From contig DASSSU010000037.1 in assembly GCA_035708305.1 (NCBI GenBank), forward strand, positions 1 through 52,379: a DNA stretch of 52,379 nucleotides, in the 5' to 3' direction. Shown here piece by piece: positions 1 through 9,117 of the stretch (positions are counted from its first letter, which is position 1; every line of letters starts with the position of its first letter). The translations under genes were made by a program, and so were the position numbers. A model generated the notes under the pieces. That model was not told the origin of the DNA and ran no database searches. It was given only the letters and a program-made list of their open reading frames with translations. Source of the DNA: Minisyncoccota bacterium (GTDB lineage Bacteria; Patescibacteriota; Minisyncoccia; Phycocordibacterales; DASSSU01).

Positions 1-56
1 GCTGAATAAAAATTTTGTGGATTGCTGAAGCAGCTTCTCTGATATAATAAACTCAC

Positions 57-2072
57 ATGGCACGCAGCATCATTTTGGGAAACGGAAACATGCTCGTCGG
101 TTTGGACGAATGGGCAAATGTTCGCGATCTGTATTTTCCAATGGTGGGGCTGGAGAACCACGTTGGCGAGCACATGCGCCACCGGATCGGAGTATGGGCA
201 GATGGAAAGTTCTCTTGGCTTCACGATGGAACCTGGACGATCAAAACTCATTTGGAAGACGCCGCACTGGAAAGCAGCATTGAGGCGACTCATGCCGAAC
301 TTGGCGTTTCTCTCTTTTTCCATGACGTGGTTTACAATGAAAAAAATATTTTCATTCGCGCGGTAGAAGTAAACAACCTTGCAGACCAAAAGCGCAGCAT
401 CCGCGTTTTTTTTGCGCATGAGTTCGAGCTTTATTCTTCCAGTACCGCGCATACTGCGTACTACGATCCGATCCAAAAAGCGCTGATCCACTACAAAGTT
501 CGCCGCGTACTTCTGGCAAATGCGAGAATTGACGGACAGATGTGGAGCGAGTACACCACTGGGGTATTTGGGATTGAAGGAAAAGAAGGTTCGTTCCGGG
601 ATGCGGAAGACGGACAGCTTTCGGGGAACCCGATCGAGCACGGGCCGGCGGATTCAGTTTTGGGACTCTATGCTGACTATGCACCGGGGGAGCAGAAGAC
701 CATTCACTATTGGATTGTTGCAGCGAAGGACATCGAGCGCGCAATCGAGCTCAACAACCTCGTGCTGGAGAAAAAGCCAGAACACATGGTTCTCTCGACG
801 CGAAACTTTTGGAAATCCTGGGTAGAGAAGCGGACATTTCACTTTCCCAACTTGGACCCGAGTTGCGGACGGCTTTTTCAAAAATCCCTTCTGCTGATCC
901 GTGCTCACACCAACAACAACGGCGCAGTGATCGCTTCATCTGATTCCGGCATGCTCCAAAAAGGTAAGGACACGTATGCGTATGTCTGGCCGCGTGATGC
1001 TGCTTTCGTTGCTTTAGCCATGTCCGGATCTGGCTACCTGTCCATCACAAAAGAATTTTTCAGCTTCTGCAAAGAAACGATCAGTCCGATGGGCTACTTT
1101 ATGCACAAGTACAACCCAGATGGCTCGCTTGGGTCTTCATGGCACCCATGGGTTCGGAATGGCAAGTTTCAGCTTCCGATCCAGAAAGACGAAACCGCAC
1201 TCGTACTCTTTTCGTTTTGGAAGTTTTATCAGTTTTCCAAAGATCTGGAGCTGGTGGAACGCTTCTATGATTCTCTCATTTTTAAAACCGCGGAATTTCT
1301 TTCCGAGTACAAAGACGGATGCACCAACCTTCCGGCGCCATCATACGATCTTTGGGAAGAACGCTTCGGTATGCATACCTTCACTTCCGCGGCGATCTAC
1401 GCCGGACTTAAAGCCGCTGAAAATTTTGCGCTTCTTCTTGGGAAGGACGACGAACGTAAACGCTGGCACGACCGCGCGTGCGAAATCCGCGAGGCTATTT
1501 TGAAGCACTTGTACAACGAAAAAACTGGCACGTTTTATCGGAGCATCAATGTTTCATATGAAAAGAGCGATCTGCGTTTGGAACATCCGAAGATAGAGCG
1601 CGATGAAACGATCGACATTTCAAGCGCATACGGAATTTATCTTTTTGAGGTTTTAAATGTGAACGATCCGCGTCTAACTTCTGCAATGGAAAAAACCAAA
1701 GCCGCTCTGGAATGCAAAGAAAAAGGAACTGTCGGAGGCTTGGCACGCTACGAAGAAGATCAGTATCATCGTGCCAGTCCGTACGTTCCCGGCAATCCGT
1801 GGTTCATCACGACGCTCTGGTATGCGCAGTACACGATTGCTCGCGCGAAAAATGCGAAAGATTTGGAAGAAGCGGTGAAATGGCTCCATTGGGCGGCTGA
1901 TCATGCGGAGTCTTCGGGCGTTATGGCAGAACAGCTGCATCCGTACACCGGTGCGGCGATTTCTGCCACTCCTTTGACCTGGAGTCATGCGGAGTATGTC
2001 CGCACGGTGTTGGAGTATTTGAATAAGATGGAGGAGCTTGGTCTCTGCGCCGACTGCAATCCCAATAATTAA
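57..2072 (+). CDS. Glycoside hydrolase family 15 (glucoamylase/trehalase-like)
   Basis: 671 aa ORF with GH15 motifs YAYVWPRDAA, YDLWEE and C-terminal MAEQ..P.TG..ISATPLTWSHAEY. Confidence 0.9.
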   Translation: MARSIILGNGNMLVGLDEWANVRDLYFPMVGLENHVGEHMRHRIGVWADGKFSWLHDGTWTIKTHLEDAALESSIEATHAELGVSLFFHDVVYNEKNIFIRAVEVNNLADQKRSIRVFFAHEFELYSSSTAHTAYYDPIQKALIHYKVRRVLLANARIDGQMWSEYTTGVFGIEGKEGSFRDAEDGQLSGNPIEHGPADSVLGLYADYAPGEQKTIHYWIVAAKDIERAIELNNLVLEKKPEHMVLSTRNFWKSWVEKRTFHFPNLDPSCGRLFQKSLLLIRAHTNNNGAVIASSDSGMLQKGKDTYAYVWPRDAAFVALAMSGSGYLSITKEFFSFCKETISPMGYFMHKYNPDGSLGSSWHPWVRNGKFQLPIQKDETALVLFSFWKFYQFSKDLELVERFYDSLIFKTAEFLSEYKDGCTNLPAPSYDLWEERFGMHTFTSAAIYAGLKAAENFALLLGKDDERKRWHDRACEIREAILKHLYNEKTGTFYRSINVSYEKSDLRLEHPKIERDETIDISSAYGIYLFEVLNVNDPRLTSAMEKTKAALECKEKGTVGGLARYEEDQYHRASPYVPGNPWFITTLWYAQYTIARAKNAKDLEEAVKWLHWAADHAESSGVMAEQLHPYTGAAISATPLTWSHAEYVRTVLEYLNKMEELGLCADCNPNN

Positions 2073-2193
2073 TTCTTCCATTTCTGGTACATTTCATCGT
2101 CTTGAAAAAAATTCCTTGGTCACCGTACTAGTCGTACGGTTTCCGGCACGATTTTTCTCAAGACGCGAACCGCACTCAGAAATGAAAGAATTA
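2070..2193 (+). repeat. Family B nested hairpin, copy B1
   Basis: Outer IR taattcttccatttctg/cagaaatgaaagaatta starting at the GH15 stop; inner IR cgtcttgaaaaaaat/atttttctcaagacg; core ggtcaccgtac-tagtc-gtacggtttcc. Confidence 0.8.
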
Positions 2194-2326
2194 CTTTGCA
2201 ATACTCTGAAAGTGATTTTTCGTCTTCCAAAAATTTTATTTTTTTTTAGCCTTGTCCACTTCGGTTGACTTGTCTTTGTTGGTATACTAAAAAGAGCATT
2301 TATTCACCGATAATTTTTAAAGACTC

Positions 2327-3328
2327 ATGGCTGAATTTGATTTTGTATCTATTGGAGACATCACAACGGATGCGTTTATCCACATTGATCACGCGAGTGT
2401 GAATTACAACAAAGCGAAACGCGAAGAAGAGCTTTGTCTCACTAACGGCGCGAAAATTCCGTTTGAATTTGTGAAGGTGGTGCCGGCCGTAGGGAACAGC
2501 TCCAACGCCGCTGTTTCTGCTGCACGTTTGGGACTCAACACTGCTTTTGTTTCCAACTTAGGCGATGATGACCATGGGCATGAGGACTTGGAAATTTTGA
2601 AAGGCGAAAAGGTGGATACGCGCTTTATCAAAGTTCATCCGGATCTTTCGAGCAACTATCACTATGTGCTGTGGCACAAGGCAGAGCGCACGATTCTCAT
2701 CAAGCATGAGGCATACCCGTACGAAATGCCGGATGTGGGAAATCCGAAATGGATGTACTTCAGCTCAGTGGGGGAGGACTCCATACAGTTTCATCATGAT
2801 GTGGCGGCCTATGCCAAGTCCCATCCGGAGACGAAACTTGCCTTTCAGCCGGGCACGTTTCAGATTGAGCTTGGTGCGGAAAAACTCAAAGACCTGTACG
2901 AAGCTTCCGAAGTTTTCTTCTGCAATGTAGAGGAAGCGCGCTTGATTATTGGTGATGAAAAGCAGGAAGTTCCAAAGAAAGAACTCACGATCAAGATCCA
3001 CGAACTTGGTCCAAAAATCGTGGTAGTAACGGACGGAGCGGAGGGATTGTACGCGTACGAAGGAGACAATCAGGGTATTTGGTTTATTCCGCCGTATCCG
3101 GATCCAAAGCCGCCGTACGATCGTACCGGAGCGGGCGATGCCTGCGAGTCTACTATTACCGCTGCCTTGGCACTTGGATTGAGTATGAAAGAAGCAATCA
3201 TGTGGGGACCGATCAACTCCATGTCAGTCGTGCAGTATGTCGGTGCGCGCGAAGGACTCTTGACTCGCGAAAAACTCGAAGAGTATCTTGCAAACGCACC
3301 GGAAGACTACCAGCCGCGAAAAGTGTAA
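2327..3328 (+). CDS. PfkB/ribokinase-family carbohydrate kinase
   Basis: GNSSNAAV N-terminal signature and DRTGAGDA anion-hole motif. Confidence 0.9.
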   Translation: MAEFDFVSIGDITTDAFIHIDHASVNYNKAKREEELCLTNGAKIPFEFVKVVPAVGNSSNAAVSAARLGLNTAFVSNLGDDDHGHEDLEILKGEKVDTRFIKVHPDLSSNYHYVLWHKAERTILIKHEAYPYEMPDVGNPKWMYFSSVGEDSIQFHHDVAAYAKSHPETKLAFQPGTFQIELGAEKLKDLYEASEVFFCNVEEARLIIGDEKQEVPKKELTIKIHELGPKIVVVTDGAEGLYAYEGDNQGIWFIPPYPDPKPPYDRTGAGDACESTITAALALGLSMKEAIMWGPINSMSVVQYVGAREGLLTREKLEEYLANAPEDYQPRKV

Positions 3329-3349
3329 GTAAACTTATCGTTTTGGAAT

Positions 3350-3413
3350 GCACCATGAGAATGTTCTTTTCGAAGTTTGTGGGCTTCACGAGAAAAGAAT
3401 ATTCTCATGGTGC
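3350..3413 (+). repeat. Family A hairpin, copy A1
   Basis: gcaccatgagaat-gttcttttcgaagtttgtgggcttcacgagaaaagaat-attctcatggtgc. Confidence 0.85.
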
Positions 3414-3465
3414 CTTCTTAAGGTTTCTCCTTTCAAAGGAGAGTTTCGGCTAATTTTTATCTTTT

Positions 3466-4776
3466 ATGATTGACTTTCGCTTCAAAGACACTGCGCTTGT
3501 TTCCGAGGACGAGCTCGTGATGACTTCTCATCGGCTTTTTCCGTATACCGAGCGTCTGAAAATTCTCTCGGAAAACGGCGGGTACGGCGAGCCGGAAGCT
3601 TCGCTCAACCTGCTTTTCGACGGCGCACTTCTGCAGTCTGTTCGTGAGGCGAGTGCGAAACTCAGGGATCCAAGGTTAAAATACATTGTCCTGGTGGGAA
3701 TCGGTGGGTCCAATCTTGGTACGGAAGCGATTTATGACGCGCTTTTGGATCGGAAAAAAATTTGCACGCCCGGAAACCCTGGCATACTTTTCCTGGACAC
3801 GGTGGACAGTGTTCGGGCAAATGCTGTGTGCGAAACACTTCTCGAATGCGAGAGCGCAGAAGAATTTGTCTTGTTGGTCGTCAGCAAATCGGGAAAAACC
3901 ACTGAAACGGCGGCAAATGCAGCGTTCTTGTACAATACGCTTTCGGAACGGTTTAGCGACTTGAATGCACGTGTGGCGTGCATCACCGATGAAGGCTCGG
4001 CGCTCTGGAAGCTTGCGGAAGAGAAAAATTTTCTCACGCTTTCTATCCCCAAAAATGTAGGCGGGCGATACTCAGTGTTTTCTGCGGTGGGGCTTTTGCC
4101 GCTTTCACTTGCGGGAATAGACATTGAAAAAGTTCTCGCTGGTGCAAAGCAGATCCGAAAAGAATGCCTCTTTTCAAATGCGCACAACAACCCCGCGCTG
4201 CTCTCGGCCGTGGTGAAATACTGTCAGTTCAAGAAAGGTGCCCGAGTCCACAACCTTTTTCTTTTTGATTCCTCGCTTGCGGTTTTTGGAAGCTGGTGGC
4301 GGCAGCTCGTGGGGGAGAGTTTAGGGAAGGAGTTTGATTTAAATAGCAATCCGATAAACGACCGCATCCTTCCGATGGTCTCTCTCGGCTCTACGGATTT
4401 GCATTCCGTGGGGCAACTTTATTTGAGCGGAGAGAAAAGCATTTTTACCACGTTTGTTTCTCTCGAAAAAAAGAGAGAAGAAATTCCAACACTTTCGGAT
4501 TCGTCGTTCACACCACTTGTGCCGGAAATCCGCGGAAAGGATTTTTCCAATATCATGGAGGCGATTTTAAAAGGGGTGAAGGAGGCATACCGGAAGAGAA
4601 GTTTGCCTTTTGCGGAAATTTCTCTGCCGGAAATTTCGGAAGAAAACATCGGTGCACTTTTCCAAATGGAAATGCTCTCTACCATGTATCTCGCGTTTCT
4701 TATGAACGTCAACGCATTTGATCAGCCAAACGTAGAAGAATACAAAAAAATCACCCGGGAAATTTTGGAAAAATAA
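3466..4776 (+). CDS. pgi: Glucose-6-phosphate isomerase
   Basis: GIGGS, SKSG.T.ET, GGRYSV, GESLGK and FDQPNVE motifs. Confidence 0.92.
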   Translation: MIDFRFKDTALVSEDELVMTSHRLFPYTERLKILSENGGYGEPEASLNLLFDGALLQSVREASAKLRDPRLKYIVLVGIGGSNLGTEAIYDALLDRKKICTPGNPGILFLDTVDSVRANAVCETLLECESAEEFVLLVVSKSGKTTETAANAAFLYNTLSERFSDLNARVACITDEGSALWKLAEEKNFLTLSIPKNVGGRYSVFSAVGLLPLSLAGIDIEKVLAGAKQIRKECLFSNAHNNPALLSAVVKYCQFKKGARVHNLFLFDSSLAVFGSWWRQLVGESLGKEFDLNSNPINDRILPMVSLGSTDLHSVGQLYLSGEKSIFTTFVSLEKKREEIPTLSDSSFTPLVPEIRGKDFSNIMEAILKGVKEAYRKRSLPFAEISLPEISEENIGALFQMEMLSTMYLAFLMNVNAFDQPNVEEYKKITREILEK

Positions 4777-4809
4777 AAACTGCCCCGGATACTTACCGAG
4801 ACTGTTTTG

Positions 4810-4856
4810 TAAGAATCCGGAGAACAGCACCATGTTCTTTTCTCGCAAAGCCCACG
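4810..4856 (-). repeat. Family A half copy A2, adjacent to B2
   Basis: Minus strand gtgggctttgcgagaaaagaacatggtgctgttctcc matches the 3' arm of A8 (gtgggcttcacgagaaaagaacatgggctgttctcc). Confidence 0.7.
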
Positions 4857-4870
4857 AACGTATTGCAAAA

Positions 4871-5000
4871 CAAAACCTCCATTTTTGGATGAAGACCGAG
4901 GCGCAAGAGAAGAATCCGAAAGAGCCGTACTTACTGGTACGGTGACTGAGTGATTCTTCTCTTGCAACGAAGGTATTCGCCAAAAATGGAGGCTTTGATG
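4871..5000 (-). repeat. Family B nested hairpin, copy B2
   Basis: Outer IR cctccatttttgg/ccaaaaatggagg; inner IR gcaagagaagaatc/gattcttctcttgc; near-identical inverted copy of 46790-46919; starts right after the LOG stop. Confidence 0.9.
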
Positions 5001-5726
5001 TTAATTTTGGCGGCGGATGGGCGCTACCCGAATAATATCCAGCGCCTCTTCAATATCATCTGTGATCGTGTACAGCTCCATGTCTTCTTCGTCGATGGCT
5101 TTGTTTTCCTCGTAGAGATATTTCTTGATAAACCGCTGCATTGGATCCCAAAAATCCTTGCCCATGCAAATGACCGGGACTTTTTCAATCTTGTGCGTCT
5201 GGATGAGCGTAAGCATTTCAAAAAATTCATCGAGTGTACCAAAACCGCCGGGAAAGAAAACGTATGCTTCGGCGGCATAGGACATGAGCACCTTGCGGCA
5301 GAAGAAGTATTCAAACTCCATTTTGCGATTTACGTACGGGTTGGTCGCCTGTTCGTAGGGAAGATGAATGTTCAGGCCGAGTGATTCGCCGTTCGTCTCG
5401 TATGCGCCGCGGTTGCCAGCTTCCATGATGCCCGGACCGCCGCCGGTCACGACACCGAAGCCGTATTCAGAAACGCGCTGTCCGAGTTCGCGTGCCATCT
5501 TGTAGTGCGGGTTGTCGGGTTTGAAGCGCGCTGAACCAAAAAAAGTGATGGTGCGCTCCAACCCTTCGAGGAATTCGAAGCCATGGGTGAATTCTCCGGC
5601 GATGCGGTGTACGCGGTTCTTTACGTGTTCAGCAAACTCATCTTTGGTAAGTGGGCGAATGGGAAGTTTGGCTTCCGGTTTGTTCAAGACGACTCTTTCA
5701 TCTGGCTGGACAGGTTCTTTCAGCAT
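5001..5726 (-). CDS. LOG/SLOG-family protein (TIGR00730-like)
   Basis: TFFGSAR, TGGGPGIMEA and FPGGFGTLDE motifs; start moved to ATG 5726, 6 nt downstream of a TATAAT. Confidence 0.88.
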   Translation of the reverse strand: MLKEPVQPDERVVLNKPEAKLPIRPLTKDEFAEHVKNRVHRIAGEFTHGFEFLEGLERTITFFGSARFKPDNPHYKMARELGQRVSEYGFGVVTGGGPGIMEAGNRGAYETNGESLGLNIHLPYEQATNPYVNRKMEFEYFFCRKVLMSYAAEAYVFFPGGFGTLDEFFEMLTLIQTHKIEKVPVICMGKDFWDPMQRFIKKYLYEENKAIDEEDMELYTITDDIEEALDIIRVAPIRRQN

Positions 5727-5865
5727 GAATTCATTATACAAGAGGAATGGTTTCCAGAAAACTGGAAACAAAAAGAGAGTGGGGAAAAAGCTGGACAAAA
5801 AAGCGGAGATGTGTTAGGTTCAAGTTTAGTCCGTTCATCCCGAACGGGTCAAAGGAGACTTCATC

Positions 5866-6111
5866 ATGAAGACGAAACTCGCTTTGGTTCTTTGCATAAG
5901 TATAGGTATATCTTTGCTCCAAGGCTGCGGCAGTCTCGGAGCAATGGCGGGTTCAGGTGGCTTGGCGGGGATGGCCGCTCAGATCGGTATCGGTACCGCG
6001 GTGAAAGCGGGAAACGCCTACTCGGCCCATGAACGCATGGCACGTGAAGTTGCCACGCAGTGTGCCCAAATGTCCGCTTCTCAACGGGCGCGCATTCCGG
6101 CTTGTAATTAA
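5866..6111 (+). CDS. Small putative lipoprotein
   Basis: Hydrophobic signal ending in lipobox-like LQGC; AGGAG Shine-Dalgarno at 5853-5857; downstream terminator. Confidence 0.6.
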   Translation: MKTKLALVLCISIGISLLQGCGSLGAMAGSGGLAGMAAQIGIGTAVKAGNAYSAHERMAREVATQCAQMSASQRARIPACN

Positions 6112-6202
6112 CGCCTAAAAACCAATATACATACAAAAGAGTACCAGATGAATTATAAAGAGAAAGAGTACGAAAACTATAAAATTTCGCTCGCAATCCT
6201 CT

Positions 6203-6230
6203 AGCCCGTCAATTTTTGACGGGCTTTTTT
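6203..6230 (+). terminator. Intrinsic terminator
   Basis: agcccgtcaa/ttgacgggct stem followed by a T tract. Confidence 0.8.
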
Positions 6231-6261
6231 CTTTTTGCCTGCTCTAGTATGATAGAGGGAT

Positions 6262-6333
6262 AAAGGAGATGGCAAAAACTTCTTTTCTCGTGAAGCCCAC
6301 AGACTTCGAAAAGAAGTTTTTGCCATCTCCTTT
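6262..6333 (-). repeat. Family A hairpin, copy A9, upstream of xseA
   Basis: Minus strand aaaggagatggcaaaaacttcttttc-gaagtctgtgggcttcacga-gaaaagaagtttttgccatctccttt. Confidence 0.85.
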
Positions 6334-6347
6334 CAAACACTCTAAAC

Positions 6348-7964
6348 ATGGATCGGGAACTTTATCTCAAAATTTCAAAATGGCGGGAAAAAACGGCGGC
6401 GCGGGAACGAATGCCGGCCTACCGGATCCTCTCTACACAGGCGGTGGAAGGTATTGCTTCAAGCTTTCCCGAAACAAAAGAAGAGCTGCTGGCGGTCAAA
6501 GGTATTGCGGAGAAAAAATTTGCAAAATATGGAGAAGAGATTCTCAGCATGGTTCGGGAGCATCGCGGTACGGAAGTACCGCAGGATGATCTTTTTTCTG
6601 AGAGTGGCGACGAAGACGGAGAGCAGCCGGACGGAATATCAAAAAAGGAAGAAAAATTTTTTTCCGTCGGGGACTACCTGGAGCTTTTGAACATTGGACT
6701 TCGCCGGAGCGGGGCGAAGGTGAAGGGGGAAATTTCGAGCTTGGATATTCGCGAGCGGTATATTTTTTTCGGTCTGAAAGACGCGGAAGATGGCGCGATG
6801 ATGAGCTGTTTCATGTGGCGAAACGACTACGAGCTTTCCGGGGTGGCGCTTGAAGAAGGAATGGAAGTTTTTGCGACCGGTTTCCCCGAAATCTACAAAC
6901 CGGCAGGGAGGCTTTCTTTCCGGGTGCAGTTCGTGGAGCTGTTCGGGGAGGGGGCACTCAAGAAAGCGTACGATGAGCTGAGGAAAAAACTTGAGAAAGA
7001 AGGACTCTTTGCGGAAGAAACCAAAAAGCCGATACCGGACTACTCCGAGCGGATCGGTGTGATCACTTCCAAAACCGGCGCGGTGATTCACGATTTTCTC
7101 AACAACATCGGAAAGTTTGGCTATCATACCTTTTTTTATGATTCGCGCGTGGAAGGACAGCAGGCAGTGCGCGATCTGGTGCGCGGGGTAAAATTTTTTC
7201 AGAAAAAAAATGATATTGATGTGCTGATAGTAATGCGCGGCGGCGGTTCACTGGAGTCGCTTCAAGCGTTCAACAACGAAATACTCGTGCGGGAAGTAAA
7301 AAAGTGTCCGTTCCCAGTGATCGCGGCGATCGGACACGACAAAGACGTCCCGCTTCTCTCGCTTGCGGCGGATGTGATGGTCTCCACCCCGACGGCGGCG
7401 ACGAAAGTGCTGGATCGTTCCTGGAAAGAAGCGCTTTTGAGGACACGATTTTCGGAGCAGAAGATTTTTGGAGCGTTTCGCGAGGTGTTGCAGTCGAAGC
7501 GGTATGAAATTTCCGAGCTCGGCGGCGTACTTCAGAAATGTATCGGCGTGATTTTGGAAAAGATGCGGCGGGCAGAGCGGGTTTTTGAAATTTCGTCCGG
7601 GAAATTCAGATACGCGCTTGAACAGGTGGGAAAGACACTGGAAGAACGGCAAAAAAATATTTTCCGAAATTTCACGATGGCATTACAAAATGCTGAAAAA
7701 GATCTCCTGCCGCAAGCTCAGGCAATCGTCCGAACTTTCTCGCGCACCATCAGGCAGAAAGAAAAAGCGCTTCAAGATCTGGAAAAGACACTTCGTCTAC
7801 ACAGCCCGAAACGCCAGCTGAAGCTTGGATATAGTATCGTTCGTTCAGGCGGGAAAATTCTCCGAAGTGTGAAAAATGTTACGGCGGGACAAAAGATCGA
7901 CATCACGGTCGTGGATGGTACGTTTCAGTCGTCTGTGGAGAAAATAAAACCCCCTGCCCAATAG
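6348..7964 (+). CDS. xseA: Exodeoxyribonuclease VII large subunit with N-terminal HRDC domain
   Basis: OB-fold (GEISS...YIFFGLKD), RIGVITS.TGAV..D, RGGGSLE.L.AFN.E, IGHD.D, TPT motifs; N-terminal ~70 aa match the HRDC pattern (WR...A....PAY.I...P.T.EEL..VKGI..KK..KYG.EIL). Confidence 0.93.
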   Translation: MDRELYLKISKWREKTAARERMPAYRILSTQAVEGIASSFPETKEELLAVKGIAEKKFAKYGEEILSMVREHRGTEVPQDDLFSESGDEDGEQPDGISKKEEKFFSVGDYLELLNIGLRRSGAKVKGEISSLDIRERYIFFGLKDAEDGAMMSCFMWRNDYELSGVALEEGMEVFATGFPEIYKPAGRLSFRVQFVELFGEGALKKAYDELRKKLEKEGLFAEETKKPIPDYSERIGVITSKTGAVIHDFLNNIGKFGYHTFFYDSRVEGQQAVRDLVRGVKFFQKKNDIDVLIVMRGGGSLESLQAFNNEILVREVKKCPFPVIAAIGHDKDVPLLSLAADVMVSTPTAATKVLDRSWKEALLRTRFSEQKIFGAFREVLQSKRYEISELGGVLQKCIGVILEKMRRAERVFEISSGKFRYALEQVGKTLEERQKNIFRNFTMALQNAEKDLLPQAQAIVRTFSRTIRQKEKALQDLEKTLRLHSPKRQLKLGYSIVRSGGKILRSVKNVTAGQKIDITVVDGTFQSSVEKIKPPAQ

Positions 7965-7974
7965 TGGCAGGGGG
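7950..7974. terminator. Hairpin between convergent xseA and HAD genes
   Basis: ccccctgcc/ggcaggggg stem flanked by A runs on both sides. Confidence 0.6.
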
Positions 7975-7991
7975 AAAAGGGAGGAAAGGAT

Positions 7992-8696
7992 TTAACATCC
8001 TGTGCAAGCCTGAATGATATTTTTTGAGGCAGCGGTCGCTTTTCGGTCTCGGAGGGCTTTCACGAGTGGGGCGAGTTCAGCCAGCCCTGAAATACAATAA
8101 TCAGCTCCGGCACGAAAGAAATTTCCCTCGCGATATTTTTCTTCGACTATTCCAACGTGACCTACGCCGATTATCTCTGCTTCTTTTGCTGCTCGCATAT
8201 CTGAGCATAAATCGCCGATGTACATGATCTGCTGCGGCGGAATGTGCAAAGATCTCACATGCTCTTGAAGCATTTTCGTTTTGTCGAAGTCGGAAAGAAT
8301 GATCTCCGAAAAATAAGAATTCAGTTGGTATCTGTTTAAAAATGCCGGTATATCCTCGTGGCGATTTGCTGTCAGAATAGAAAGGGTGATACCAAGCAGT
8401 TTTAGAGACAAAAGGGCTTCCTGCGTTCCTTCAAATGGGCGCACGGAATGGTAGTATTTCTCTATGTGCTGACTGTACTCTTTGTCCAGTTCTTCGGGAG
8501 AACCTTTGTATCCGAGCGAACGAAAGTACTGAATGGGTGGGGAATCAAAGAGCCTCAGGAAGATACTGTAGAATATTTCGTGAGATGGAAGTGGTATTTT
8601 GAATCTTGCACATGTGTCGGCAACAGCTCTGCAGATCTCAGGAACACTGTTGACGAGCGTTCCGTCAAGATCAAAGCAAATGTGCTGAATAGCCAT
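7992..8696 (-). CDS. HAD-superfamily hydrolase (phosphoglycolate phosphatase-like)
   Basis: Motif I FDLDGTL, motif II LTAN, motif IV IGDLCSD; GGAGG Shine-Dalgarno upstream of ATG 8696. Confidence 0.85.
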   Translation of the reverse strand: MAIQHICFDLDGTLVNSVPEICRAVADTCARFKIPLPSHEIFYSIFLRLFDSPPIQYFRSLGYKGSPEELDKEYSQHIEKYYHSVRPFEGTQEALLSLKLLGITLSILTANRHEDIPAFLNRYQLNSYFSEIILSDFDKTKMLQEHVRSLHIPPQQIMYIGDLCSDMRAAKEAEIIGVGHVGIVEEKYREGNFFRAGADYCISGLAELAPLVKALRDRKATAASKNIIQACTGC

Positions 8697-8791
8697 ACAG
8701 CCTCCAGTGTTCAAATCTCAAAGAACTTTCACAAAGGCCGCTTTATTGATACTATAGTACAGAAAAAAGTCAAATCTTAAGACGAAAACAA

Positions 8792-9016
8792 ATGGAGCAA
8801 AAAAAAATAAATTTAAATGAATCACTGAAAAAACTTGAGGAAATCGCCGGATGGTTTGATTCTCAGGAAGAAGTAGACGTGGAAGTGGGACTGCAAAAAG
8901 TAAAAGAGGGTGCCGCACTCATTGAAGCGAGCAAGAAGCGCCTGAAAGAGATTGAAAATGAGTTTGAGGAAGTGAAGCAGACTATGGAGGAACATTCGGG
9001 CGAAAGGGGTGAGTAG
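8792..9016 (+). CDS. xseB: Exodeoxyribonuclease VII small subunit
   Basis: 74 aa, LNESLKKLEEI...EG..L...SKKRLKE pattern; near xseA. Confidence 0.88.
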   Translation: MEQKKINLNESLKKLEEIAGWFDSQEEVDVEVGLQKVKEGAALIEASKKRLKEIENEFEEVKQTMEEHSGERGE

Positions 9017-9032
9017 GTTCCCCGGTGAAGGC

Positions 9033-9071
9033 GTTCTTTCTGAGGTTTGCAGGCTTCACAAGAAAAAAAAC
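9033..9071 (+). repeat. Family A degenerate copy A3
   Basis: gttctttctgaggtttgcaggcttcacaagaaaaaaaac. Confidence 0.55.
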
Positions 9072-9117
9072 TTCTCAGAGGAAGAAACTGCCTATAAGCA
9101 TTTCGCATAAATATCAA

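Noticed and set aside
6269-6589. 106-aa ORF with an apparent AGGAG SD overlapping xseA
   Set aside because: Its SD and ATG are part of the A9 hairpin arm, it overlaps xseA out of frame, and it has no recognisable motif
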